Source: Pyrinomonadaceae bacterium | GTDB lineage: Bacteria; Acidobacteriota; Blastocatellia; Pyrinomonadales; Pyrinomonadaceae | DNA: 64,000 nucleotides | Assembly: GCA_046313635.1 (NCBI GenBank) | Contig: JBKBYA010000001.1 | Location: 352,001 to 416,000, forward strand | Direction of reading: 5' to 3' | Part shown: positions 8,588-17,906 of the stretch, piece after piece | Layout: each line of letters opens with the position of its first letter | Position numbering within the stretch: position 1 is the first letter of the stretch | Translations under genes and position numbers: made by a program | Notes under the pieces: generated by a model | What the model was told of the DNA's origin: nothing | Seen by the model: only the letters and a program-made list of their open reading frames with translations | The model's database searches: none

Positions 8588-10461
8588 CAGTTGCGTACAG
8601 GCAGGCGTGCCTCGGCGCGCGTGCCTCTCATTCGATCGATCTCTACATTCAGCGCCGCCCGCGGCCCGTAATAGCCGCGCAGACGCTCGCGCACGTTCTG
8701 GAGGCCGAGCCCGGTCGTCGCCGCGGCGCGGGGCCCCGACGTCCCGGCGCCGGAGTCTTCGACCGACAAAACGAGCATACGGCCGTCGTCCTGCTCGCTG
8801 GTCGACGCCGAGATCCTCAGCTCGCCCCCGTTGCGGTTCTCTGAAATGCCGTGCTTGATCGCGTTCTCGACCAGCGGCTGCAGGATGAGCGACGGGATGC
8901 GGCAGTGAGCGAGCTCGCGCGGGACGTCGATCGTGACGCGGAGCTTCTCTTCAAATCTCGCGCGCTCGATCTCGAGATAGTTCTCGATCAGATCGATCTC
9001 TTCGCGCAGGGTGCAGAATTCGCCGCTCGACGACAGCACCCTTCGCAGCAGCCGCGTGAGCTGCATAAGTGTCTCGAGGGCGCGCTCCGGAGCGGTCTGG
9101 ATGAGATAGCCGATCGTCGTCAGCGAATTGAACAAAAAATGCGGATCGATCTGCGAACGAAGCGCCTTGAGCTGCGCCTCGGTGGCGAGCCGCGACATCT
9201 CTCGCTCGCGAAACTCGCGCTCAAAACGCTCTTGAGAGACGCGAACGGCGTCTATCCGCCGCGCCGTCAGAAGCGCGACGGCCTCGAGCATCGCGCTCTC
9301 GTCCGAGAGCAGGCGGCGGCCGCCTTTGAATTTGGCTAGGTCTACCCTGTAAAAAGGCGGTTCGGCCGTCGGGATGACAAGCTCGACCGAGTCCGCCGAG
9401 GCGGCGTCGCGGTGTATGAGCGGCGTGCCCTCCGACTCGGCCGCGACCTCCACGACCTCGGCGCGGCCCGCCGTCAGGGCGGCGCCGAGACTGCTGCGGA
9501 CGAGTTCGAGGATGTCCTCGATCGAGTCCGACGCCCCGATCTCGCGCGCGAGGTCGACCTGCAGCCGCTGATAGTCTCGCCGCTGCAGGATCGCGCGGTC
9601 GACGATCCATTTGGCAAAGCGGTGCAGGGCCGGATAAACGAGGGCAGTCGTCATCCAGAGCGTGAGGATCAGTCCGATCGCGAGCGCGTCGTTGCGGTCA
9701 TGCGTCTCGTGGTACCGCAGCAGCGGCGCGGCGACGTAAACGTAGAGCCCGAATGCGAGCAGAGCCAGCAGCATCAGCGAGATCGCACGCTTGAGAAAAA
9801 GGTCGGCAAATGCAAAGCGGTAATTCTGCAGCAATATCACGAGGGCGATCGGGATGGACGACTGGTGGGCGATCAATTCGACGAGCCACGACGAGCCCTC
9901 GAGCCGACCGCTGAGGTGAAAGCTGGATACCGCAAAAACGAGCAGCGAGCTCGCCCACACGAGCTTGCGCTCGCGCGTCTCGCGAAAGCTCGAGAATAAC
10001 AGCGACGCCGCAAGCGCGACCGCCCCGGCCGACAGCGTCCGGAGCGCGGTCTCCGACGGCGCGACGCCGCGCTCGGCGGCCGAATAAAAATGGAGCGACG
10101 CTGCCGCAATGCTCAGACCGTAGGCGGCGTAGGTCAACCAAAGCGCCCGTCCGCCCTCACGCTGCGCCGAATGCACGACAACCGTCGGCAAAAACCCAAG
10201 CGCCGCGTACGAGGCGGCGGTCAGGTACGGCGAGGTCAAACGCCCGGCCGCGAGGTCGTGCTGCAAAAATAAGAAAAGCTCGCCGAGATTCCACAGCAGT
10301 CCGAGGGCCGAGGTCGCGAGCAGCAGCGCCGTGACGCGGCCGCCCGCACGCCTCTGCCTGATCACCATCCAGGCCAGCAGAGCGTACAGCGCCGCTCCGA
10401 CGGTAAACCCGAGCAGGTTGATCAGCAGCGCCGAGTTCGGTGAATTGACGACGATCTCCAT
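8587..10461 (-). CDS. LytS/YehU family sensor histidine kinase
   Basis: Multi-TM N-terminus, LRSQIDPHFLFNSL, LQPLVENAIKHG, GLGLQNVRERL. Confidence 0.92.
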   Translation of the reverse strand: MEIVVNSPNSALLINLLGFTVGAALYALLAWMVIRQRRAGGRVTALLLATSALGLLWNLGELFLFLQHDLAAGRLTSPYLTAASYAALGFLPTVVVHSAQREGGRALWLTYAAYGLSIAAASLHFYSAAERGVAPSETALRTLSAGAVALAASLLFSSFRETRERKLVWASSLLVFAVSSFHLSGRLEGSSWLVELIAHQSSIPIALVILLQNYRFAFADLFLKRAISLMLLALLAFGLYVYVAAPLLRYHETHDRNDALAIGLILTLWMTTALVYPALHRFAKWIVDRAILQRRDYQRLQVDLAREIGASDSIEDILELVRSSLGAALTAGRAEVVEVAAESEGTPLIHRDAASADSVELVIPTAEPPFYRVDLAKFKGGRRLLSDESAMLEAVALLTARRIDAVRVSQERFEREFREREMSRLATEAQLKALRSQIDPHFLFNSLTTIGYLIQTAPERALETLMQLTRLLRRVLSSSGEFCTLREEIDLIENYLEIERARFEEKLRVTIDVPRELAHCRIPSLILQPLVENAIKHGISENRNGGELRISASTSEQDDGRMLVLSVEDSGAGTSGPRAAATTGLGLQNVRERLRGYYGPRAALNVEIDRMRGTRAEARLPVRN

Positions 10462-10623
10462 CCGGCCGTCCGTATCTGGACCAATGGTTAAATGTTATCT
10501 CACCGCGGCGAACTTTTGACAAAAGCGAGACCACGCACCCAAAATAGTCCTGCTCCACCGCCAATTTACTTCCACCGAGGACCGAATCTCTCTCATTCCA
10601 TTAATGCTCGGAGCTGATGACCG

Positions 10624-11118
10624 ATGAAGAGACTGTTTTTGCTTCGTCACGCCAAATCCAGTTGGGCGCAAGCGGAGATCGCGGACATCGATCGTCCGCT
10701 TGACGAGCTCGGCAGGCAGGCGGCGCCGTTTATGGGACGAATGATGCTCAAGGGCGAACTCAGACCCGACGTCATTCTGAGCTCGACGGCGCGGCGGGCA
10801 CGCGAGACCATCGAGCTGCTCAAGGATGCGGCCGCGTGGACCGCCGAGGTCCGGTTCGATGAGGGCCTCTATGAGGCAGGTCCGCATTCGATCATTAGAG
10901 TGCTTTGCGGCCTGCCGGATCAATTCGAGTCGGCGATGGTCGTCGGTCATAATCCCGGACTAGAGGAGCTCATTCAGATGCTGACGGGCGAGCTGGTGCC
11001 GATGTCGACCTCTTCGCTCGCGATGCTCGACCTGCGGATCGAGCGATGGGCGGAGGTCGGGCCCGCGACCGGCAAGCTGGTCGAGGTCGTCCGGCCAAAG
11101 TCGGTCGCCGTCGAATAG
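10624..11118 (+). CDS. sixA: Phosphohistidine phosphatase SixA family
   Basis: LLRHAKS, DRPL, SSTARRARET, VGHNPG. Confidence 0.85.
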   Translation: MKRLFLLRHAKSSWAQAEIADIDRPLDELGRQAAPFMGRMMLKGELRPDVILSSTARRARETIELLKDAAAWTAEVRFDEGLYEAGPHSIIRVLCGLPDQFESAMVVGHNPGLEELIQMLTGELVPMSTSSLAMLDLRIERWAEVGPATGKLVEVVRPKSVAVE

Positions 11119-11234
11119 GACGGCCGCAGCTCCGCGGCCGGTTTGGACGCGAGCCCCACCTTAAATTCTTGTAACATCGCGCCGGTAAGTAGTGCGCGTG
11201 GCCGCACGCATTTCATTACTATCTAGGGTGAGAT

Positions 11235-11939
11235 ATGTCGACAGCACAACCGGCCAAGCGCAGCATCCTGATCGTCGAGGACGACCCCGACATCGCTGAG
11301 AATCTCGTCTACAATCTCCGCCGCGAAGGCTACCGCACGGTAGTCGCGGAATCTGGAGAAAAGGGGCTCAGACTGGCGCTCGACGAGCGATCGACGCCGT
11401 CGCTCGTCATTCTCGACATAATGCTCCCGGGGATGAGCGGAATCGAACTGTGCCGCCGGCTTCGCCGCGAAACGCTGACCGAGAAGACGCCCATCATAAT
11501 GCTCACGGCCCGCGCGTCAGAGAGCGATCGTGTCGGCGGTCTCGATACCGGGGCCGACGATTACGTCGTCAAACCCTTTTCGGTCCGCGAACTGATCGCG
11601 CGCGTGCGGGCAGTGCTCCGGCGCTCGGAGCAGGATGCGATCGGCACGTACGACGACGGGCGGCTCACGGTGAATTTCGACGATATGCGGGTCATGTGCG
11701 GCGGCGGCGAGGTCAAGCTCACCCGCAAGGAGTTTGCCCTGCTCGCCTATATGATCGACAACGCGGGCCGCGTCGCCGAGCGCCGGCAGCTGCTCGACAA
11801 CGTCTGGGGTGACAGCTACCTCGGAGATACGCGCACGCTCGACGTGCACATCCGCCGGCTTCGGCAGAAGCTCGGCGAATGCGGCGACCGCATCGAGACG
11901 GTCGTCGGCGTCGGATACAGATTTGCAGCGCCCAAATGA
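11235..11939 (+). CDS. phoB: PhoB/OmpR family response regulator
   Basis: Receiver plus winged helix (RTLDVHIRRLRQKL); overlaps a PhoR-like kinase. Confidence 0.75.
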   Translation: MSTAQPAKRSILIVEDDPDIAENLVYNLRREGYRTVVAESGEKGLRLALDERSTPSLVILDIMLPGMSGIELCRRLRRETLTEKTPIIMLTARASESDRVGGLDTGADDYVVKPFSVRELIARVRAVLRRSEQDAIGTYDDGRLTVNFDDMRVMCGGGEVKLTRKEFALLAYMIDNAGRVAERRQLLDNVWGDSYLGDTRTLDVHIRRLRQKLGECGDRIETVVGVGYRFAAPK

Positions 11940-13021
11940 GCTCAGCCGTGACGACCGATCCGGAAAATTCGCCGACGCGTGCCGCGGTCGAGATGGACGC
12001 GGTGCTGCGGACCGTTCTCGAGACAAAACGCGAGGCCGCGGTCGTCGTCTGCCGTGAAATGAGGATCGAGGCGGCCAATGCCGCCGCCGCCGCCGCTTTC
12101 GCACGGCGAGATCAAAGCATCGAGGGCCGGCGCCTCAGCGAGGTCGTGCGCGACCCGGAGCTGCACTCGGCATTTCAGACGGCGCTGAACGAAGGGCGCG
12201 AGTCCGACATCCGGCTCGAGCTGATCGGCGGCCCGACCGAGCGCCGCAAATTTGACGTTCACGTCGCTCCGCTCGAGCTCGGCGGCCGTCGCCTCGCGGT
12301 CGGCTTCTTCTATGACGTGACAAAGGTCGAGGACCTCGAGACCGTCCGGCAGGAATTTCTCTCAAACATCTCGCACGAGCTGCGGACGCCGCTCACGTCG
12401 ATCCTCGCATTTGTCGAGACGCTCGAGGACGGCGCGATCGACGACGCTGAGAACGGCCGCCGCTTTCTCGGCGTGATCCGCCGCAACGCCGAGCGGATGA
12501 AGAGCCTGATCTCCGACATCCTCGAGCTCTCGATGATCGAGTCGGGGAATGTCTCGGTCAGCATTCGCGACGTGCGCGTCAAGCCGATCGCCGACGACGT
12601 CATCGCGAGCCTCTCGTCGGCCGCGGGGGCGCGGAGCGTCGAGCTGGTCTCACGCATTTCAGAGGACGCCGCCGTCCACGCCGACTCGACCAGGCTCGAG
12701 CAAATGCTGACCAACCTGATCGACAATGCGATCAAATTCAACCGCGAGGGCGGCAGCGTCACCGTCGATGCCGAGCGCCGCGGACAAATGCTCGTGATCT
12801 CGGTCGCCGATACCGGCGAGGGCATCACGCCCGCCCATCTCGGCCGCGTCTTTGAACGCTTTTACCGCACCGATCGGGCCCGCAACCGCAGTGATGCCGG
12901 CGGCACCGGCCTCGGCCTCGCGATCGTAAAGCACCTCGCCAAACTGCAGGCGGGCGAGGTCTCTGTCGAGAGCGAGCTCGCGCGCGGGACGACGTTCTTT
13001 ATCGAGCTGCCGGCCGCTTGA
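11936..13021 (+). CDS. phoR: PhoR-like PAS histidine kinase (no evident TM segment)
   Basis: PAS-like region, RQEFLSNISHELRTPLT, FERFYRTDRAR, GGTGLGLAIVKH; ATGA overlap with the regulator. Confidence 0.75.
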   Translation: MSSAVTTDPENSPTRAAVEMDAVLRTVLETKREAAVVVCREMRIEAANAAAAAAFARRDQSIEGRRLSEVVRDPELHSAFQTALNEGRESDIRLELIGGPTERRKFDVHVAPLELGGRRLAVGFFYDVTKVEDLETVRQEFLSNISHELRTPLTSILAFVETLEDGAIDDAENGRRFLGVIRRNAERMKSLISDILELSMIESGNVSVSIRDVRVKPIADDVIASLSSAAGARSVELVSRISEDAAVHADSTRLEQMLTNLIDNAIKFNREGGSVTVDAERRGQMLVISVADTGEGITPAHLGRVFERFYRTDRARNRSDAGGTGLGLAIVKHLAKLQAGEVSVESELARGTTFFIELPAA

Positions 13022-13050
13022 AATGGGTCTTCCGGGCCGATCTCGGCTTG

Positions 13051-13059
13051 TGCTATACT
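13051..13059 (+). promoter_or_regulatory. Extended -10 promoter element
   Basis: TGcTATACT about 105 bp upstream of the CarD-family start. Confidence 0.5.
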
Positions 13060-13163
13060 CCGCCTATAGTTCATCGACAATTTGACCCGCTTTGATCGAG
13101 CGATCACTTGGCACGGCCCGTTCGGACAGGCCGCGATTCCACCTGATCGGGGAGGAATTCGTT

Positions 13164-13694
13164 ATGCAGCTCAGCGTTGGACAAAAGGTCGCTTATCCCG
13201 GCCAGGGCGTTTGTGTGGTCGAGAGACTGGAGCAGCGCGACGTGATGGGAAAGGCGATGCGGTTTTACCTGCTCCGGGTCTGCGGCGACGACTCGCAGAT
13301 CCTCGTGCCCGAGTCTAATGCCGACTCGGTCGGACTCAGGCCGGTGATCAGCCAGCGCCAGTGCCGGCGGCTGATCGACCAGCTAGCCGAGGATTTTGAT
13401 GATGTGAGCGGAGACTGGAAGCAGCGGTCACGCCAGTTCATGGAAAAGCTGCAGTCGGGCGACGTCTTTGAGGCGGCCGACGTGCTCAAAAAGCTGACCT
13501 ACCTCAGCCATTACAAAAAACTCTCGTTTCGCGAGCAGAATCTGCTCGAAAAGGCCAAATGGCTTATCGTCTCAGAGATCGTGAACTCGAGCCGCACCCG
13601 CGAGGAGCTGATCGAGCCGCGCATCTACGAGCTGGTCGAGACCGCGTGCTCCAAGCACATTGAGAATCACGCCGGCGAGTTTGCGCTGCACTGA
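13164..13694 (+). CDS. carD: CarD family RNA polymerase-binding regulator
   Basis: VGQKVAYPGQGVCVV, GLRPVIS, DWKQR; GGAGG RBS. Confidence 0.85.
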   Translation: MQLSVGQKVAYPGQGVCVVERLEQRDVMGKAMRFYLLRVCGDDSQILVPESNADSVGLRPVISQRQCRRLIDQLAEDFDDVSGDWKQRSRQFMEKLQSGDVFEAADVLKKLTYLSHYKKLSFREQNLLEKAKWLIVSEIVNSSRTREELIEPRIYELVETACSKHIENHAGEFALH

Positions 13695-13730
13695 GCGCGA
13701 GAGGATCGGACGCTTCACCGCCGCGAGCCG

Positions 13731-14174
13731 TCAGGCCGCGGCATTCTTTTTATAGCTTGCGCGGACGACGGTCTTGATGTTGCCGCGGACGTTGAAGTCG
13801 CCCTCGATCTCGACCTCGAGCGGGTCGCATGCCTTGACGAAGTCTTCCATGATCACGTTCACGACATGCTCATGAAAGATCTTGATATCGCGGAACGAGT
13901 TGATGTACAGCTTCAGGCTCTTGAGCTCGATGCAGCGCTCGTTCGGGACGTATCTGAGCTTGATCGTCGCAAAGTCCGGAAAGTCCGAGAAAGGGCAGAC
14001 GGCCGTAAACTCGGGCATCTCGAACTCGACCCAGATGCGGCGTCCCGCATACTCGTACGGGAAGGTGTCGAGGGCGACGAGCTTCATCTCCTCGCGCGGC
14101 GTCGACCTGATGTCGAGCCCCTGCTGATTGACCGGCGGCAATTCGATGCCGGCCGCTGATGCTTCATTTGGCAT
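13731..14174 (-). CDS. queF: NADPH-dependent 7-cyano-7-deazaguanine reductase
   Basis: PEFTAVCP...[26 protein letters not shown]. Confidence 0.92.
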   Translation of the reverse strand: MPNEASAAGIELPPVNQQGLDIRSTPREEMKLVALDTFPYEYAGRRIWVEFEMPEFTAVCPFSDFPDFATIKLRYVPNERCIELKSLKLYINSFRDIKIFHEHVVNVIMEDFVKACDPLEVEIEGDFNVRGNIKTVVRASYKKNAAA

Positions 14175-14988
14175 AAACAAACCTTTTGACTCCCAGCCTG
14201 CGGATGCCGCCGAAGTCGTCGACGCCGTACCCGTCAAGCAGGTCGATCAGATTCAAAAAGATCTCGGCCGTCGCACGCGCGTCGTCCTTTGCCCGGTGAT
14301 GGTTGTCGAGACGGACGTTGTAATGCTCGGCGACGGTCTTGAGCTTGTGATTGGCGATCTCGGGCAAAAGCTTGCGCGAGAGCTGCACGGTGCAGAGGCA
14401 CGGATTGGCGACGCGGTACTCGTCGTAGATACGGCTGATCTCGTGATTGAGGAAGCGCATATCAAAGACAGCGTTGTGCGCGACCAGCACCGCGTCGCCG
14501 ATGAATTCCATAAACTGCGGCCCGACCTCTGCAAACTTTGGCGCGTAGCGCACCATCTGGTTGCTGATGCCGGTCAGCGCCGCGATAAATGGCGGGATCG
14601 GCATCTCGGGATTGATCAGCGTATGAAACTCGTCAACGATGCGGCCGCCGCGTACCTTGTACGCGCCGATCTCGGTCACGCGGCACGGCGGCGCCTTGGC
14701 GCCGGTGGTCTCCAGATCGAAGACGACAAAATCCGTCTCGGCCAGCCGGCGCGTCTCAAACGCGATCGGGACAAACTCGAGATGACCCGATTCGGCAAAC
14801 TGCAGCCGCGGGTCGCGATCGACCAGGTCCATCACGAGCGTCTTGGCAAAGTCGGGCTCCGCACGGCGAATGTTCATCACGCGATCGACGACCTTCACGG
14901 CCGATGCGCGGCCGCCAAAGGCACGCAGCAGAGCGATCGTCTCGTTGACCAGCAGTGATTCGCAAACCAGATTTGGATGAGGCGGCAT
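14164..14988 (-). CDS. DEDDh 3'-5' exonuclease (DNA polymerase III epsilon-like)
   Basis: [25 protein letters not shown]. Confidence 0.88.
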   Translation of the reverse strand: MPPHPNLVCESLLVNETIALLRAFGGRASAVKVVDRVMNIRRAEPDFAKTLVMDLVDRDPRLQFAESGHLEFVPIAFETRRLAETDFVVFDLETTGAKAPPCRVTEIGAYKVRGGRIVDEFHTLINPEMPIPPFIAALTGISNQMVRYAPKFAEVGPQFMEFIGDAVLVAHNAVFDMRFLNHEISRIYDEYRVANPCLCTVQLSRKLLPEIANHKLKTVAEHYNVRLDNHHRAKDDARATAEIFLNLIDLLDGYGVDDFGGIRRLGVKRFVYAK

Positions 14989-15049
14989 CTAGGAATTATT
15001 CTATCGGGAATACGCGAAACCGCAACCGATTCTCGTAGACGGCCCGCAA

Positions 15050-15391
15050 ATGAAGGACGAAAACATCCTCGTCATCGAAAAGTACCTCGACTCGCTCCGG
15101 CGGCAAGACCTTTCTGATGCGCCTCTGGCCGATGACGTTCGATTTGAAAATCCGGTCGCGGGCAAAGGCGTCGGAGCCGAGAGCATGAAGGCGTGGCTGT
15201 CTGGCTACCTGTCGGCGTTTCACGAGGTGCGCGTGCTGCATCACGTCGCCGACGGCGAGTACGTCGTCACGCACTGGGAGTCCGACTCGCCATTCGGCAC
15301 CATCCAGGTGCTTGAAAAGTTTCGCGTGCGCGAAGGGCTGATCGTCGAAGCGATCGCCTTTCTCGACCCGCGGCCGGTTTTTGGCAACTGA
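15050..15391 (+). CDS. SnoaL/NTF2-like protein
   Basis: LADDVRFENP, VADGEYVVTHW, FRVREGLI pattern. Confidence 0.7.
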   Translation: MKDENILVIEKYLDSLRRQDLSDAPLADDVRFENPVAGKGVGAESMKAWLSGYLSAFHEVRVLHHVADGEYVVTHWESDSPFGTIQVLEKFRVREGLIVEAIAFLDPRPVFGN

Positions 15392-15984
15392 TGAATTCCG
15401 AACAGGTACTCGAACACTTTCGCAGCTCGGGAGCTCTGCTCGAAGGGCACTTCATTTTGTCGAGCGGACTGCACAGCGCGAATTATCTGCAGTGCGCGCT
15501 CGCGCTGCAGCATCCGGCCGACGCCGCCCGGTTCGGTGCGGCCATCGCCGAAGAGCTCAAGGACGTCGTCGACCTGGCCTCGATCGACACCGTCGCTTCG
15601 CCGGCGATCGGCGGTCTCGTGATCGGCTATGCCGTCGCGGCGGCGATCGGCAAACGCTTTATCTGGACCGAGCGGCAGAATGGAGAGATGACCGTCAGAC
15701 GCGGCTTCACGCTCGGCGAAGGCGAGCGGGTCGTCGTCGTCGAAGACGTCATCACGACCGGCGGATCGACGCGTGAGTGCATCGCCGCGCTCGAGGCCCG
15801 CGGCGCGGAGGTCGTCGGAGCGGCGTCGATCGTCGATCGCTCGAACGGCGCGGCCGACGTCGGCGTGCCGCGCATATCGCTCGTTACGCTCGACGTGCCG
15901 AGCTTCGGCACGGCCGACTGCCCAATGTGCGCCCGCGGCGACGAGGCGGTCAAGCCCGGCAGCCGCACGACGCGAGCCGCTTAG
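15391..15984 (+). CDS. pyrE: Orotate phosphoribosyltransferase
   Basis: GHFILSSGLHS and PRPP motif VVVVEDVITTGGS. Confidence 0.93.
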   Translation: MNSEQVLEHFRSSGALLEGHFILSSGLHSANYLQCALALQHPADAARFGAAIAEELKDVVDLASIDTVASPAIGGLVIGYAVAAAIGKRFIWTERQNGEMTVRRGFTLGEGERVVVVEDVITTGGSTRECIAALEARGAEVVGAASIVDRSNGAADVGVPRISLVTLDVPSFGTADCPMCARGDEAVKPGSRTTRAA

Positions 15985-16011
15985 GCGACGCACTCCCGCC
16001 GCTGACGCCGA

Positions 16012-16761
16012 ATGAACTTCAAACTGCTGATCCAATATGACGGCACCAACTACAGCGGCTGGCAGGTGCAGCTCAACGGGCCGACCATCCAGGGCGAACT
16101 CGAGCGTGCGGTCGGCCTGCTGCAGGCGGGAGCTCGCGTGATCGGCTCGGGCCGCACCGATGCCGGTGTCCACGCCGAGGGTCAGGTGGCGAGCGTCCGA
16201 CTCGAGCGCGAGTTCACGCCCGAGGCGCTCCGCAGCGCGATCAACGGCAATCTGCCTCGCGACATCCGCGTGCTCGACGTCGAGATCGTACCGGACGATT
16301 TTCACGCACGCTTCTCCGCAAAGCGAAAAACTTATCTCTACCGCGTCGTCAACGCGCCCGTCTGCTCGCCGTTTTGGCGACCGTACGCCTTTCACGAAAA
16401 TCGCGATCTGAATATCGAGGCGATGCGCGAGGCCGCCCGGCTGTTTCTCGGCGAGCACGACTGGACCGCATTCTCCGCCGCGCGGTCAGACGCCGATTCG
16501 CGCGTGCGGACGATCTACAATTTGAGCGTCGTCGAGCGTCACGACGAGCGTGCCCGGGCGCGGCTGGTTGAGTTTAGTATCACGGCCGACGGCTTCCTGA
16601 GATATATGGTGCGTTCGATCGTCGGCACGCTGCTGTGCGTCGGGCGGGGTGAAATGGATTTTGATACAATTCAGGCGGCGATCACGACCGGTGAACGCGG
16701 GCTTGCAGGACCGACCGCGGTCGCTCGCGGACTGACGCTTTTGAGCGTCGATTACGAATAG
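16012..16761 (+). CDS. truA: tRNA pseudouridine(38-40) synthase
   Basis: YDGTNYSGWQ, GSGRTDAGVHA, GFLRYMVR. Confidence 0.95.
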   Translation: MNFKLLIQYDGTNYSGWQVQLNGPTIQGELERAVGLLQAGARVIGSGRTDAGVHAEGQVASVRLEREFTPEALRSAINGNLPRDIRVLDVEIVPDDFHARFSAKRKTYLYRVVNAPVCSPFWRPYAFHENRDLNIEAMREAARLFLGEHDWTAFSAARSDADSRVRTIYNLSVVERHDERARARLVEFSITADGFLRYMVRSIVGTLLCVGRGEMDFDTIQAAITTGERGLAGPTAVARGLTLLSVDYE

Positions 16762-16763
16762 AT

Positions 16764-17072
16764 ATGTACGTCTATCACGTAGTTTTGCCGGAGGTGTGGG
16801 ACGATTTTCGGGGGGCGTGGTACGAGGCCGACAGTCTCGCGACCGAAGGGTTCATTCACTGCAGCTTTGCCGAGCAGCTAGACGGCGTGCTCGCACGGTA
16901 CTACTCCGGAGAGCCGCGGGTAAAAGTGCTCGAGATCGAGCCGTCAAAGCTCATCTCGAAGCTGATCGTCGAGCCGTCGACCGGGGGCGAGAGCTACCCG
17001 CACATCTACGGACCGATCAATCGCGAAGCGATCGTCGCGGTCAAAGACAGGATCTTGCAGAGCGCGAACTAG
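16764..17072 (+). CDS. DUF952 family protein
   Basis: EGFIHCS and YPHIYGPI motifs. Confidence 0.85.
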   Translation: MYVYHVVLPEVWDDFRGAWYEADSLATEGFIHCSFAEQLDGVLARYYSGEPRVKVLEIEPSKLISKLIVEPSTGGESYPHIYGPINREAIVAVKDRILQSAN

Positions 17073-17087
17073 CACGCCCGTTCATCA

Positions 17088-17906
17088 ATGTCCTCACAAA
17101 CCGTCACCGCGGCATCGCACGGCAGCCAATCGATGCACGATAACTTTAAGGGCCTCGTTAAACCCGCGACGCGCGAAGCTAAGCTGCTCGCCGCGATAGA
17201 CCGCGAAAGGCTCCCGCAGCACATCGCGTTCATCATGGACGGCAATGGCCGCTGGGCCAAGCTTCGCGGCAAGCCGAGGATATTCGGCCATCGCGCCGGG
17301 GCCGAATCGGTCAGGGCGATCATCGATACGTGCGCCCGGCTCGAGATCAAGGCGGTGACGCTCTACGCCTTTTCGACCGAGAATTGGAAGCGGCCGGCCG
17401 ACGAGGTCTCAGGGCTGATGTCGATGCTCAAACGTTACCTTCGCAGCGAGCTGAAAGAAGTTCATAAGAACAACATCCGCTTTCAGGCGATCGGCAACAT
17501 CGCCGGACTTGCCGAGGACATTCAGCACGAGATCGCCAACGCCGCCGCTAAGACCGCCGGCAACACCGGAATGGTGATGAGCGTCGCTCTCAATTACGGC
17601 GGCCGCGCCGAGATCGTCGAGGCCTGCCGCCGCGCGGCGCAGGACGTGATCGAGCGCGGAGACCCGCTCGAGCGGCTCGACGCGAGCGACATCGAACGCC
17701 ATCTCTACACGCACGGCCTGCCCGAGGTTGACCTGCTCGTGCGGACGAGCGGCGAATTTCGGATCTCGAACTTCCTGCTATGGCAGCTCGCCTACAGTGA
17801 GATCTGGGTGACGCCGACGCTGTTTCCCGACTTTCGGCGGCCTGAGATCTTTGAGGCCATCATCGACTATCAGAAGCGCGAGAGGCGCTTTGGCGACGTC
17901 AAATGA
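17088..17906 (+). CDS. uppS: Undecaprenyl diphosphate synthase (start may be 17133)
   Basis: HIAFIMDGNGRWA, FSTENWKRP, RTSGEFRISNFLLWQ. Confidence 0.95.
   Translation: MSSQTVTAASHGSQSMHDNFKGLVKPATREAKLLAAIDRERLPQHIAFIMDGNGRWAKLRGKPRIFGHRAGAESVRAIIDTCARLEIKAVTLYAFSTENWKRPADEVSGLMSMLKRYLRSELKEVHKNNIRFQAIGNIAGLAEDIQHEIANAAAKTAGNTGMVMSVALNYGGRAEIVEACRRAAQDVIERGDPLERLDASDIERHLYTHGLPEVDLLVRTSGEFRISNFLLWQLAYSEIWVTPTLFPDFRRPEIFEAIIDYQKRERRFGDVK

Noticed and set aside
11160..11178. Possible Pho box upstream of the phoB-like gene (CTTAAAT...GTAACAT)
   Set aside because: Too degenerate to support by eye
13109..13124. TGGCACG upstream of carD as a sigma54 promoter
   Set aside because: The -12 position reads GTTC, and a better extended -10 lies upstream
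14175..14240. preQ1 riboswitch before queF
   Set aside because: The region lies within the exonuclease CDS and has no preQ1 hairpin with A-rich tail
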